Source of the DNA: Candidatus Scatousia excrementigallinarum
GTDB lineage: Bacteria > Cyanobacteriota > Vampirovibrionia > Gastranaerophilales > Gastranaerophilaceae
Direction of reading: 5' to 3'
Assembly: GCA_018711035.1 (NCBI GenBank)
Contig: DVIU01000135.1
Coordinates: forward strand, 1 to 45,318
Length of the DNA stretch: 45,318 nucleotides
Shown: in pieces, positions 15,704-25,180 of the stretch
How positions within the stretch are numbered: the first letter of the stretch is position 1
Layout: each line of letters starts with the position of its first letter
Notes under the pieces: generated by a model
The model's input: only the letters and a program-made list of their open reading frames with translations
What the model was told of the DNA's origin: nothing
Database searches by the model: none
Position numbers and translations under genes: made by a program

Positions 15704-16738
15704 ATGAAAAACTTAAAAACTGAAATTACCAAAATACATTACAAAAAAGAGGCAAAAGGAGCTCTTGTAAAAGTTCTGGAAATTGCCTCAATTTTTTACG
15801 GAATAGGAAGCGGATTAAAAAATCTGTTTTATGACAAAGGAATTATAAAACCTAAAAAAGTTAATGCCTGTGTTATTTCAGTAGGTAATATTACAACAGG
15901 AGGCGTAGGTAAAACTCCTGTTGTTGCAGAAATTGCAAAGTACCTTATCTCAAAAGGTGAAAAACCTGCCATAGTGTCGCGCGGATACGGCGGAAAACTT
16001 TCCAATAAACAAATAAATATTATTTCAGACGGCGAAAAAATTTATTATAATGCCATTCTTGCAGGAGACGAACCGTTCTGGCTTGCAGAAAACGCAAAGG
16101 GAACTGTAGTTGTAACATCAAAAAACCGATATGAAGCTGCAAAATACGCAATAGAAAAATTCGGCGTAACTCATATAATTCTTGATGATGGCTTCCAGCA
16201 CAGAAAACTTTACCGAGATATTGATATTGTTTTGTCTGACAGTGAAAAAGGATTCGGCAACGAAAAATTATTGCCTGCCGGCCCGCTGAGAGAAGGCCCC
16301 GAAGCTTTTAAGCGTATTGATAAAATGATTATTGTCAGCAAAAATCTTGACCACTCCCGAGCGGAAAAAATAGCAAAAATTACGGCAAAACGGATGAAAA
16401 TCCCTACTTTTGTCTGCAAAACAGAGCCTGATTATGTTTACAACATAAAAACAGGACAAAAGCTCCAGCCGGAGTCTGAAATTACAGCCATATGCGCAAT
16501 AGGACAGCCCGGACAGTTTTTTGACTTTCTAAAAGATTACAAAATTAAAGAAATGATTTCGTTTGATGACCACCATCAATATGAATTAAAAGATATTCAG
16601 AAAATTAAAGGCAATATTGTTACAACTGAAAAAGATGCTGTTAAATTAAAAATTTTTGAAAACAATAATATATTTGCTTTAAAATTAAAAACAAATATTA
16701 AAGTCGAGGAACTTTTAAATGGCAAAACTGAAAAATAA
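15704..16738 (+). CDS. lpxK: Tetraacyldisaccharide 4'-kinase (lipid A biosynthesis)
   Basis: P-loop SVGNITTGGVGKTP, SRGYGG and ILDDGFQH are LpxK hallmarks. Confidence 0.9.
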   Translation: MKNLKTEITKIHYKKEAKGALVKVLEIASIFYGIGSGLKNLFYDKGIIKPKKVNACVISVGNITTGGVGKTPVVAEIAKYLISKGEKPAIVSRGYGGKLSNKQINIISDGEKIYYNAILAGDEPFWLAENAKGTVVVTSKNRYEAAKYAIEKFGVTHIILDDGFQHRKLYRDIDIVLSDSEKGFGNEKLLPAGPLREGPEAFKRIDKMIIVSKNLDHSRAEKIAKITAKRMKIPTFVCKTEPDYVYNIKTGQKLQPESEITAICAIGQPGQFFDFLKDYKIKEMISFDDHHQYELKDIQKIKGNIVTTEKDAVKLKIFENNNIFALKLKTNIKVEELLNGKTEK

Positions 16739-17366
16739 TGAACACATTGATGAAATAGTAGACCTTTTAAAAAAAGCAGAACAACCGAGAAGCGAGTTTG
16801 TTCATCTTATGGATACATTTAATGACCCGTATCTTGTATTAATTTCTTGCATACTAAGTCTTCGCACAAACGACAAAACAACATACCCCGCAACCTTACG
16901 AATGCTTGAACTGGGCAGAACTCCCGCAGAATTTGCAGTATGTGATGTCAAAAAACTGGAAAAAGCAATATATCCGGTGGGATTCTATGCAAATAAAGCA
17001 AAACAAATAGTAGAATTATCAAAAAGACTGGTTGATGAGTATAATTCACAGGTTCCCGAATCTATAGATGAAATGATAAAATTCAACGGAGTAGGCAGAA
17101 AAACCGCCAACCTCGTGATGAGCAGAGGGTTCAATAAACCAGCGATATGCGTTGATGTACATGTACACAGAATTTTCAACCGTCTGGGCTATATAAAAAC
17201 CAGAACACCTGAAGAAACAGAGTTTGCCTTAAGAGATAAGCTCCCTCTCAAGCACTGGATTGATATTAATACACTGCTGGTAACTCACGGTCAAAATGTC
17301 TGCAAACCAATCAACCCAAAGTGTGATATTTGTCCGATAAAAGATTATTGCAAAAAGTTAATATAA
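16719..17366 (+). CDS. nth: Endonuclease III (HhH-GPD DNA glycosylase with a 4Fe-4S cluster)
   Basis: HhH motif GVGRKTANLVM, catalytic VDVHVHRI and cluster motif CKPINPKCDICPIKDYC. Overlaps lpxK by 20 nt. Confidence 0.9.
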   Translation: MAKLKNNEHIDEIVDLLKKAEQPRSEFVHLMDTFNDPYLVLISCILSLRTNDKTTYPATLRMLELGRTPAEFAVCDVKKLEKAIYPVGFYANKAKQIVELSKRLVDEYNSQVPESIDEMIKFNGVGRKTANLVMSRGFNKPAICVDVHVHRIFNRLGYIKTRTPEETEFALRDKLPLKHWIDINTLLVTHGQNVCKPINPKCDICPIKDYCKKLI

Positions 17367-17443
17367 ATAAATGTAATTAGCAAAAAAATATTATTTTCTG
17401 TTTTAATCAAAGACAGAACAAATAAATAGGATACAGGTGTACA

Positions 17444-17941
17444 ATGAAAGTAAACAACATTATATCTCAAGTTCAAAAGAAAATTGATACTAAAAAAATT
17501 ATTAACCGTCAGAATCTTATTAACCGTTTTGTAAATACCAAAGGTATGGATTCTTCTTCCGAAGCATACAGAGAAATTGAAAAGGCAAAAGGAACAATAG
17601 CAAATTATGCTCAAAAACACGCAGTAAGCGTAGATATTTTTGACCCATCCAAATCGATTTATTTAGATGAAACACAACAAACTCTCAAAAATTCATTAAA
17701 AAATAATTTAACAGTAAGGGTTTCCAATTTATTGAGCGATAAAACCAAAGAGGCAATTATACCTTCTGATGTTAACAAAACATATATTCATTCAAAAGCA
17801 AATTCAAGACTTCTGGCAAACCGAGAAACCGGAACTGATTACGTTTATACAAGCAGTACGTCGTCTGAAGACAGTTTCATCAGAATGTTATACAGGCATA
17901 TTGCACAATTAACCTCGGAAGTAACAGCAAAAAAATCTTAA
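17444..17941 (+). CDS. Hypothetical protein, 165 aa
   Basis: ORF preceded by AGGATACAGG. No family recognised. Confidence 0.55.
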   Translation: MKVNNIISQVQKKIDTKKIINRQNLINRFVNTKGMDSSSEAYREIEKAKGTIANYAQKHAVSVDIFDPSKSIYLDETQQTLKNSLKNNLTVRVSNLLSDKTKEAIIPSDVNKTYIHSKANSRLLANRETGTDYVYTSSTSSEDSFIRMLYRHIAQLTSEVTAKKS

Positions 17942-17945
17942 AAAC

Positions 17946-17974
17946 TTGATTTTACACTCATAATGTGCAATAAT
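17946..17974 (+). promoter_or_regulatory. Candidate sigma70-type promoter of the hydrogenase operon (TTGATT-N17-AATAAT)
   Basis: TTGATT at 17946-17951 and AATAAT at 17969-17974. This would give a ~155-nt leader before ATG 18137. Weak -10. Confidence 0.3.
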
Positions 17975-18136
17975 TTCACTAAGATTGTAAAAGTTTTTGG
18001 GTTAAAGAAGATACAATCATAGTGTTATACATACTTTGGTTTGCAGACCGTAAGCAGCACGCAAACGGATTAAGCCGGTATCCAGGCAAATATTCGTAAA
18101 TACGTAGCAAACCTTAGAAGCGAATAGGAGTTCGAG

Positions 18137-18631
18137 ATGAGTGTAGAAAATCCGCACAAAATCGATACATCCAAATTGGACGAAATTATCAATTCTTATG
18201 AAGGTAAAAAATCCAATTTGATTGCGATTTTACAAAAAGTTCAGGAAGTTTACCGGTATCTGCCTGAAGAAGCCATGATTTATATCGGAACAAAAATAGA
18301 GGGGCTTTCACCGGCTACAGTATACGGTGTAGCTACTTTTTACGCACAATTTTCACTTGAGCCGAAAGGCAAATTTGAAATTAAAGTATGCGATGGTACA
18401 GCCTGCCACGTTAGAGGTTCAATGCCTGTTCTTAATGCGATTAAAGCCAGACTTGAGCTCAAAGACGGTCAGATGACAACGGATGACGGCCTGTTTTCAC
18501 TTGAAACAGTAAGCTGCCTCGGAGCCTGTGGACTTGCACCTGTTGTAGTTATTAACGGTAAGGTTTATCCTCAAATGACTTCTGACGCAATCAAAATCGT
18601 TTTGGATACCCTTTTAAAAGAGGACAGATAA
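18137..18631 (+). CDS. hydC: [FeFe]-hydrogenase NuoE-like 2Fe-2S subunit (HydC/HndA type)
   Basis: Thioredoxin-like 2Fe-2S motifs CDGTACHVRG and CLGACGLAP. SD GGAG 6 nt upstream. Confidence 0.9.
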   Translation: MSVENPHKIDTSKLDEIINSYEGKKSNLIAILQKVQEVYRYLPEEAMIYIGTKIEGLSPATVYGVATFYAQFSLEPKGKFEIKVCDGTACHVRGSMPVLNAIKARLELKDGQMTTDDGLFSLETVSCLGACGLAPVVVINGKVYPQMTSDAIKIVLDTLLKEDR

Positions 18632-18632
18632 T

Positions 18633-20495
18633 ATGGAAAAAACAGCTTTGAATATTGATATAAAACAAGAGCAATTAAAAGCTCAAGAGGAAATTAAAAA
18701 ACAGGGCCTCAGAGTTCTTGTTTGTGCAGGAACAGGCTGCGTTGCAAACGGCTCTATGAAAGTTATAGAAAAATTTGCAGAACTCGGAGCAGATGTATCG
18801 GTTCTGACAGATTACGATAAAATGACAATCGTTCCTACAGGCTGCCACGGCTTCTGCGAACAGGGCGTACTGGTTATAATTCCGGATAAAGATGTTACCT
18901 ACGTAAAAGTAAAAGTAGAAGATGTTGAAGAAATCTACGAAAGCCATATAAAAAATAATAAGCCCGTAGAAAGACTTCTCTACACTGATCCTAAAACACA
19001 TGAACATGTACATAAAAATGAAGATATTAATTTTTATGCAAAACAAACCAGAACCGCACTCGCAAATTGCGGACACATTAACGCTGAATGTATTGACGAA
19101 GCAATTGCGGTAAGAGGTTATGAGGCACTGGCAAATGTCATTGAGCAAAATAATCCTGATGCAGTTATTGAAGAAATAGAAAAATCAGGATTGCGCGGCA
19201 GAGGCGGAGGAGGCTTCCCTACCGGCAGAAAATGGAGATTTACTGCAGCAAATAAAGGAGGAAAGTCTTACGTTGTATGTAACGGTGACGAAGGCGACCC
19301 GGGTGCATTCATGGATAGAAGTATTATGGAAGGCGACCCGCATAAACTATTAGAAGGTATGGCTATAGCTGCTTTTGCAATAGGCGCAGATGAAGGCTAT
19401 ATTTATGTTCGTGCAGAATATCCGCTTGCTATTAAACGTCTGAGAAAAGCAATTGCAGATGCAGAAGAAAGACACTTCTTAGGTAAAAATATTATGGGAA
19501 GCGACTTCTCATTTACTTTACATATAAAAGAAGGAGCCGGAGCATTTGTTTGCGGTGAAGAAACCGCACTTATCGCTTCAATAGAAGGCGAACGAGGGAT
19601 GCCGCGTCCAAAACCGCCGTTCCCTGCAAATAAAGGATTGTTCGGGCGTCCAACCTTGATTAACAACGTTGAAACTCTTGCTAATGTACCTGTTATCCTT
19701 CTAAAAGGTGCAGACTGGTTTGCCTCATTCGGGACAGAAACTTCAAAAGGTACAAAAACTTTTGCATTAACAGGTGAAGTTAATAACACAGGGTTAATTG
19801 AAGTTCCAATGGGTACAACTTTACGCGAAATCGTATTTGACATAGGCGGCGGAATTAGAGGCGGTAAAAAGTTCAAAGCCGTTCAAATAGGCGGTCCGTC
19901 CGGCGGATGTTTAACTGAAGAACATCTGGATCTTCCTATGGATTATGACAGCCTGATTAAAGCAGGAGCAATGGTCGGTTCAGGTGGTCTTGTTGTTATG
20001 GCCGAAGATACCTGTATCGTTGAAGTTGCAAGGTTCTTTATGAATTTTACCCAGCACGAAAGCTGCGGCAAATGCGTCCCTTGTCGTGAAGGTTCCAAAA
20101 ACATGCTTAAAATTTTAGAAAAAATCGTTGCAGGAAAAGGTGAAATGAAAGACCTTGACTTACTTGAAGAACTAGCTTTGTCTGTTAAAGAAGGTTCCTT
20201 GTGCGGTCTGGGTAAAACAGCTCCAAACCCTGTACTTTCAACTTTAAAATACTTTAGAGACGAATATATAGCTCATATCAAAGACAAAAAATGTCCGGCA
20301 GGCGTTTGTACGGCGATGAAGAAAATCGTTATTCAGCCTGAACTCTGCAAAGGCTGTACAAAATGTGCCAGGACATGTCCTGTCGGAGCTATTGAAGGTA
20401 CAGTTAAACAGCCTCACCACATTAATCAAGAAAAATGTATTAAGTGTGAAGCTTGCTTAACCAACTGCCCGTTCAGAGCTATAGTATTAGAGTAA
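18633..20495 (+). CDS. hydB: [FeFe]-hydrogenase NuoF-like NAD(P)H/FMN subunit (HydB/HndC type)
   Basis: N-terminal 2Fe-2S domain (CAGTGCVANGS...CHGFCEQG). NuoF motifs GLRGRGGGGFPTGRKW, VCNGDEGDPGAFMDR and ESCGKCVPCREG. Two C-terminal ferredoxin motifs, CKGCTKCARTCP and CIKCEACLTNCP. Confidence 0.92.
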   Translation: MEKTALNIDIKQEQLKAQEEIKKQGLRVLVCAGTGCVANGSMKVIEKFAELGADVSVLTDYDKMTIVPTGCHGFCEQGVLVIIPDKDVTYVKVKVEDVEEIYESHIKNNKPVERLLYTDPKTHEHVHKNEDINFYAKQTRTALANCGHINAECIDEAIAVRGYEALANVIEQNNPDAVIEEIEKSGLRGRGGGGFPTGRKWRFTAANKGGKSYVVCNGDEGDPGAFMDRSIMEGDPHKLLEGMAIAAFAIGADEGYIYVRAEYPLAIKRLRKAIADAEERHFLGKNIMGSDFSFTLHIKEGAGAFVCGEETALIASIEGERGMPRPKPPFPANKGLFGRPTLINNVETLANVPVILLKGADWFASFGTETSKGTKTFALTGEVNNTGLIEVPMGTTLREIVFDIGGGIRGGKKFKAVQIGGPSGGCLTEEHLDLPMDYDSLIKAGAMVGSGGLVVMAEDTCIVEVARFFMNFTQHESCGKCVPCREGSKNMLKILEKIVAGKGEMKDLDLLEELALSVKEGSLCGLGKTAPNPVLSTLKYFRDEYIAHIKDKKCPAGVCTAMKKIVIQPELCKGCTKCARTCPVGAIEGTVKQPHHINQEKCIKCEACLTNCPFRAIVLE

Positions 20496-20580
20496 TTATA
20501 CCCAACCCTTAAACCTTTCCCCCTTGTGGGAGATGGAGTCCGTAAGGATGAATGAGGGGATAAACATAAGGAATAAAATT

Positions 20581-22332
20581 ATGACAGATAAAAAAACATT
20601 ATTCATTGACGGTAAAGAAGTTGAATTTACAGACGAGCCAAACCTGCTTGAAGTTATAAGAAAAGCCGGCATGAATGTTCCAACATTCTGCTACCGTCCT
20701 GATTTAACACAGTTCGGCGCATGCAGAATGTGTGTTGTGGAAGTCGAAGGCAGAGGGATTCAATCCTCTTGCACAATGCCCCCTGAAAATGGTTTAAAAA
20801 TTCATTTGAATACAGAAAAAACAAGAAGAATCAGAAAAACTGTTCTTGAACTTCTTCTTGCAAACCACGATAAGGAATGCCTTACCTGCGAAAAATCAGG
20901 GAACTGTGAATTACAACAGTATGCCGAAGAATACGGAATCAGAAAAATCAGATATGCAGAAAAACAACCTGATGAATATCTTCCTATAGATGATAGTTCA
21001 CCGTCTCTGGTAAGAGACCCTAACAAGTGTATACTGTGCGGAGCATGTGTTAGAGCCTGTGCAGAATTTCAAGGACATGCTGTTTTAGGATTTGCAAACC
21101 GCGGGTCAAAAACGGTTGTTCAGCCAATGAATGGCAGACCTCTCGGTCAGGTTGACTGCGTAAACTGCGGACAGTGTGCAGCAGTCTGCCCGACAGGAGC
21201 ATTAACTATAAAATCCGATATTGAAAAAGTCTGGAGTGAAATTACCAATAAAGAAAAAACCGTGGTTGTTCAAATGGCCCCTGCAACACGCGTTGCACTC
21301 GGCGAAATGTTCGGATTAAAACCGGGTGCCAACAGCATAGGCTTAATGAATGCAGCATTAAGAAAAATAGGGTTTGATAAAGTATTTGATACAAACTTTT
21401 CAGCAGACTTAACAATAATGGAAGAAGCAACCGAATTTTTGGAAAGATTAAAATCAGGCCAAAATCTCCCGCTATTCACTTCATGCTGTCCTGCCTGGGT
21501 AAAATACCTTGAAGACCAGCACCCTGATATGTTACACCATTTATCAAGCTGCAAATCTCCAATGTCTATGCTTTCTCCGGTTCTGGTTGACTTAGTACCG
21601 CAGAATCTTGGCATTGCAAGAGAAAACTTTGTTGTTGTTGCGATTATGCCTTGTACGGCAAAAAAATACGAATGCAAGCGTCCTGAACTCGCACGAAACG
21701 GAAGACCTGATACAGATTATGTATTAACAACGCAGGAACTCGGCAGAATGATAAAAGAAGCCGGTATAAACTTTAATGCACTGGAACCCGAAGACCATGA
21801 TTCGCCTTTCGGTGAATATTCAGGTGCAGGAACAATCTTCGGAGCATCAGGCGGGGTTGCGGAAGCTGCTGTACGAACAGCTTACGAATTTGCAACAGGT
21901 GAACAGTTAAATGATGTTGACTTTAAACCGTTAAGAGGAACTGAGAATCGTTCAAGAGATGTCGAACTTGATTTGAAAGGAACTAAACTTGTAGTAAGAG
22001 TAGTTTCAACATTAAAAGAAGCTGAAAAATCAATTCAGGAAATCAAAGCCGGTAATGCTCCTTTCCAAATGCTTGAGGTTATGGCCTGCCCTGGCGGCTG
22101 TATCAACGGCGGAGGACAGCCAAGAAGCTGCGATGACAGCAAAATCAAAGGAGAACGCGCAGAAGGCCTGTATAAAGAAGATATTGAGCTTCCTTTACGC
22201 AAATCACACATGAATCCTTCTATTCAGAAGCTTTATCAGGAATATCTTGAACATCCTAATTCCCATAAAGCGCATGAAATCCTGCATACCGTTTATAAAG
22301 ACAAATTTGCAGGGTCTTATAAAGACATATAA
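20581..22332 (+). CDS. hydA: [FeFe]-hydrogenase catalytic subunit
   Basis: N-terminal 2Fe-2S (CYRPDLTQFGACRMCVVEV) and FeS motifs CILCGACVRAC and CVNCGQCAAVCP. H-cluster signatures TSCCPAW, MPCTAKKYE and EVMACPGGCINGGGQP. ATG 20581 (AAGGA upstream) is preferred over the TTG at 20524. Confidence 0.93.
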   Translation: MTDKKTLFIDGKEVEFTDEPNLLEVIRKAGMNVPTFCYRPDLTQFGACRMCVVEVEGRGIQSSCTMPPENGLKIHLNTEKTRRIRKTVLELLLANHDKECLTCEKSGNCELQQYAEEYGIRKIRYAEKQPDEYLPIDDSSPSLVRDPNKCILCGACVRACAEFQGHAVLGFANRGSKTVVQPMNGRPLGQVDCVNCGQCAAVCPTGALTIKSDIEKVWSEITNKEKTVVVQMAPATRVALGEMFGLKPGANSIGLMNAALRKIGFDKVFDTNFSADLTIMEEATEFLERLKSGQNLPLFTSCCPAWVKYLEDQHPDMLHHLSSCKSPMSMLSPVLVDLVPQNLGIARENFVVVAIMPCTAKKYECKRPELARNGRPDTDYVLTTQELGRMIKEAGINFNALEPEDHDSPFGEYSGAGTIFGASGGVAEAAVRTAYEFATGEQLNDVDFKPLRGTENRSRDVELDLKGTKLVVRVVSTLKEAEKSIQEIKAGNAPFQMLEVMACPGGCINGGGQPRSCDDSKIKGERAEGLYKEDIELPLRKSHMNPSIQKLYQEYLEHPNSHKAHEILHTVYKDKFAGSYKDI

Positions 22333-22336
22333 TCTA

Positions 22337-22370
22337 AAAGCTCCCGGTTAACAATCGGGAGCTTTTGTTT
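22337..22370. terminator. Bidirectional rho-independent terminator between convergent hydA and skp
   Basis: aaagctcccg / gttaacaat / cgggagcttt followed by tgtttt on the + strand, with an A-run on the other side. Confidence 0.8.
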
Positions 22371-22396
22371 TATAAGTATTAAACAATTCTTTAAAA

Positions 22397-22861
22397 CTAC
22401 TTAACGACTTTAATAACTTCAGCAGTAATATCATCTCCGCCATAGAGAACTACACCTTTAGCCAAAACTATATTGTAGTTTTTAGCTTTAGCCTGTGTTT
22501 CAATTGTTTTTGAAATATTGGCATCAATAGCAGTCAATTTTGAAGTATATTCTTTTTCCAATTTATCTCTTTTTGCCATTAATTCTTTAGAATATTTATC
22601 TTCTAAAGCCTTTTTCTTCTTTTCATCAGAGACAGCAGCAACATCTTTTCTTGCTTTTTCAACATATTTTACAATTTCCGTAGCTTTAGTTTGTTGTTCT
22701 TTTTTCAAAGCCTTAACCTGAGCTGACGATGCAACAACTTTTGAAACATCAACAACTGCAACTTTATAGCTTGGCGGAACATCTGACATTGCAAAATTAT
22801 TAACAGACATTCCAACAACAAATGCTGCAAGACCTAATGCTACCATACCGAATTTTTTCAT
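22397..22861 (-). CDS. skp: OmpH/Skp-family periplasmic chaperone
   Basis: Signal peptide MKKFGMVALGLAAFVVGMSVNNFA. K/E-rich coiled-coil of ~150 aa typical of Skp. SD AAGGAGG 5 nt upstream. Confidence 0.8.
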   Translation of the reverse strand: MKKFGMVALGLAAFVVGMSVNNFAMSDVPPSYKVAVVDVSKVVASSAQVKALKKEQQTKATEIVKYVEKARKDVAAVSDEKKKKALEDKYSKELMAKRDKLEKEYTSKLTAIDANISKTIETQAKAKNYNIVLAKGVVLYGGDDITAEVIKVVK

Positions 22862-23135
22862 TTTATCCTCCTTCGTAACTATTTAGTCCTATTGAGCTGC
22901 TGTACATTATTTTAATGATTTTTTATAAAAACCCTCATTTAAAAATGTGAACTTTTTATAAGCTTCTTTACAACACAATAGCAATCCTATATAATAATAA
23001 CAAGTCAATTACCAATGTCGCTAATTTATAAATTTTTGTAAATATATCGCAATAAAAATTTAGATTAGGTTTTTATTTTAATATCTAAGTATGACAATGG
23101 AAATAAACTAAATATACAGTATAAACAGAAGGTGT

Positions 23136-25100
23136 ATGATGGAAAAGAATCAAATGAATATTAATTTATCAAAGGCAATTCTCGGGTTGTGTGCCTGTTT
23201 TGCCCTTGCTATTCCTGCATCTGTTACCCCGGTATTTGCAGCACCTGACATTCCGATTTTAAATCAGATTCAAATGGAAAGCGGCGCAAATTATAAACAC
23301 AATACAGATTCTTTGGAATTTAAACGAGACCAGCAATATCTTAACGAAGATTACAATAGATATGAACGTAGAAAAAACGCAGTAGAAAATCCCAGCAAAG
23401 AAAATCAGGTTATAAAAAACTATGATCCGAAAGGGTCTCTTATGCAGGCTCAGGTCGAGGATATTGATACAAAAGGTGTTTATGTAAATTCTGTAGAAGT
23501 TTCGCCTTCCGAAATTTTGACTAAAGAAGAAATTGATAATATAATCAGACCGATTATTGGTAAAAATGTATTTATTGGGGATATTACAAGTGTTGTAAAT
23601 CAAATTAACCAATTATATGCTTCTAAAGGATTTGTTACAGCAAAAGCATTTTTGCCCGAACAAACTGTTACTAACGGCAATATATATATTGAACTTGTAG
23701 AAAGCCGCGTAGGTAATATTACAGTTCATCAGAATAAATATACAAGAGACAAATATATTACCGACAGATTACCTCAGAAAAAAGGGGATTTGTTTGATAT
23801 TGTAGAACTTGAAAAAGATATTCTTGACTTCAACAGATATAATGAAGGCGTAAATCTTTCTGCAAACCTTAAAGCAGGTGAAGCTGACGGAACAACGGAT
23901 ATTGAAATTACGGCACACGAAAGCTTCCCGTTCCACGTCGTCGGTATCATGGATAATGCCGGCCGCTATACCACAGGTAATTTAAGAGGCGGGGCTATGA
24001 TTTACGCTGACAGCCTTTTCCATAACAGAGATAAGTTATCCATAGGTTCTTATTTCAGCGGAGGCTCTGTCAGCCCGTTTGTTGATTACAATATTCCGGT
24101 TAACAGAAAAGATGGCCGTGTAGGGTTCTTGTTCTCATCTGGTCTTTCAAAAATCAGATACGGTGAGTTCTCAGACCTTGACTTGAGAAGTAAAGCTTAT
24201 ATGTATTCACTTTACTATAGCCAGCCGATTATCAGAAAACCGGGCTTTGAATTAAAAACTTACACTGCTTTAAATTATAAGCGTGCAAGAACAACAATGG
24301 GATTCTTGAACTACTTTGGAATAGATGATGAACTCGGTCTGGATCAGGTAACAAGCGTTGATGCAGCATTAAATTTACGTAAAGATACTAAATACGGTAT
24401 TTGGTATTTAAATCAGGGCGTAAGTTACGCGGCACCAATTTTTGATAATGATTCTAACTATGTTAAAATTTCCGGCGGAGCTGTAAGATTACATGACTTC
24501 TCCCACGGATTTATCGGCCAAATGAGAGCAAATTATCAAGTTATACCAAATAACAAACATATCCCTTACATTGATCAATTTCAGGCAGGTGGTCTGGCAA
24601 CAGTAAGAGGATACTCCGAAGGTCTTATGATTGGTAAGAACGGTTTCTACATAAGCAATGAACTTATGTTCCCTCTCTTACCTCGTGAAATCACAAGCCC
24701 TCGTTCTAAAGAAAAAATGTCATTTATAGGTAAATATATTAAAGGTGCGGTATTCGCTGACTTCGGGGGAGTTTTCCCTTCGACAGGTGAAGATTATTAC
24801 GATAACAACTACTTTATGGCATCACTTGGTATGGGCTTAAGAGTTCAATTGCCTGGCGACTTAACAGGTCGTTTATACTGGGGTTATCCTTTGATTAACC
24901 ACTCCTGGGAAAGTGACCACAAAATCGGACGTTTCCACTTTGAATTAACAATGGAACCTAACTTCGATGCCTTGTTAAGAAACAGAGCAACTGCAAAAGC
25001 GGTTAAAGCTCAACCGTTGCCTCCGGCAGAACCTGTTAATAACTACGACGACATCCGTCACTATGACTACTTCAATGATGGCGGCGGCGGCTCGCTGTAA
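23136..25100 (+). CDS. ShlB/FhaC/HecB-type outer-membrane transporter (TpsB; POTRA + beta-barrel)
   Basis: Signal peptide ending VFA/AP. POTRA pattern VNSVEVSPSEILTKEEIDNIIRPIIGKNVFIGDITSVVNQINQLYASKGFVTAKAFLPEQTVTNGNIYIELVESRVGNI. Barrel start MDNAGRYTTGNLRGG. C-terminal aromatic-rich barrel strands, then a ~50-aa non-barrel tail. Confidence 0.8.
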   Translation: MMEKNQMNINLSKAILGLCACFALAIPASVTPVFAAPDIPILNQIQMESGANYKHNTDSLEFKRDQQYLNEDYNRYERRKNAVENPSKENQVIKNYDPKGSLMQAQVEDIDTKGVYVNSVEVSPSEILTKEEIDNIIRPIIGKNVFIGDITSVVNQINQLYASKGFVTAKAFLPEQTVTNGNIYIELVESRVGNITVHQNKYTRDKYITDRLPQKKGDLFDIVELEKDILDFNRYNEGVNLSANLKAGEADGTTDIEITAHESFPFHVVGIMDNAGRYTTGNLRGGAMIYADSLFHNRDKLSIGSYFSGGSVSPFVDYNIPVNRKDGRVGFLFSSGLSKIRYGEFSDLDLRSKAYMYSLYYSQPIIRKPGFELKTYTALNYKRARTTMGFLNYFGIDDELGLDQVTSVDAALNLRKDTKYGIWYLNQGVSYAAPIFDNDSNYVKISGGAVRLHDFSHGFIGQMRANYQVIPNNKHIPYIDQFQAGGLATVRGYSEGLMIGKNGFYISNELMFPLLPREITSPRSKEKMSFIGKYIKGAVFADFGGVFPSTGEDYYDNNYFMASLGMGLRVQLPGDLTGRLYWGYPLINHSWESDHKIGRFHFELTMEPNFDALLRNRATAKAVKAQPLPPAEPVNNYDDIRHYDYFNDGGGGSL

Positions 25101-25128
25101 AGACACAAAAGTAAACAATAACTTGAAA

Positions 25129-25168
25129 AATAACACCTTTGGTTTTAGACTAAGGGTGTTATTTTTGT
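25129..25168 (+). terminator. Rho-independent terminator after the TpsB gene
   Basis: aataacacc / 17-nt loop / ggtgttatt followed by tttgtt. It ends only ~13 nt before the bioD start region. Confidence 0.65.
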
Positions 25169-25180
25169 TGGAGAGGATGA

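Noticed and set aside
17952-17970. Imperfect inverted repeat TTACAC-N7-GTGCAA in the hydrogenase promoter as a Rex or CRP/FNR box
   Set aside because: The half-site sequence and orientation do not match TTGTGAA-N4-TTCACAA (Rex) or TGTGA-N6-TCACA (CRP/FNR). Only 5 of 9 arm positions pair.
20524-20580. TTG-initiated 19-codon extension of hydA (MWEMESVRMNEGINIRNKI)
   Set aside because: ATG 20581 has an AAGGA SD, and the conserved 2Fe-2S domain begins right after it. The extension has no counterpart in HydA/HndD proteins I know.
23136-25100. Interpreting the 654-aa OMP as BamA
   Set aside because: It has only one or two ShlB-type POTRA units and the DNAGxxxTG barrel entry typical of TpsB. BamA would have five POTRA domains and about 800 aa.
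25101-25180. BirA/BioQ-type operator upstream of bioD
   Set aside because: I found no TGTAAACC/GGTTTACA-like or TGTTAACA-like inverted repeat. The space is almost fully occupied by the TpsB terminator.
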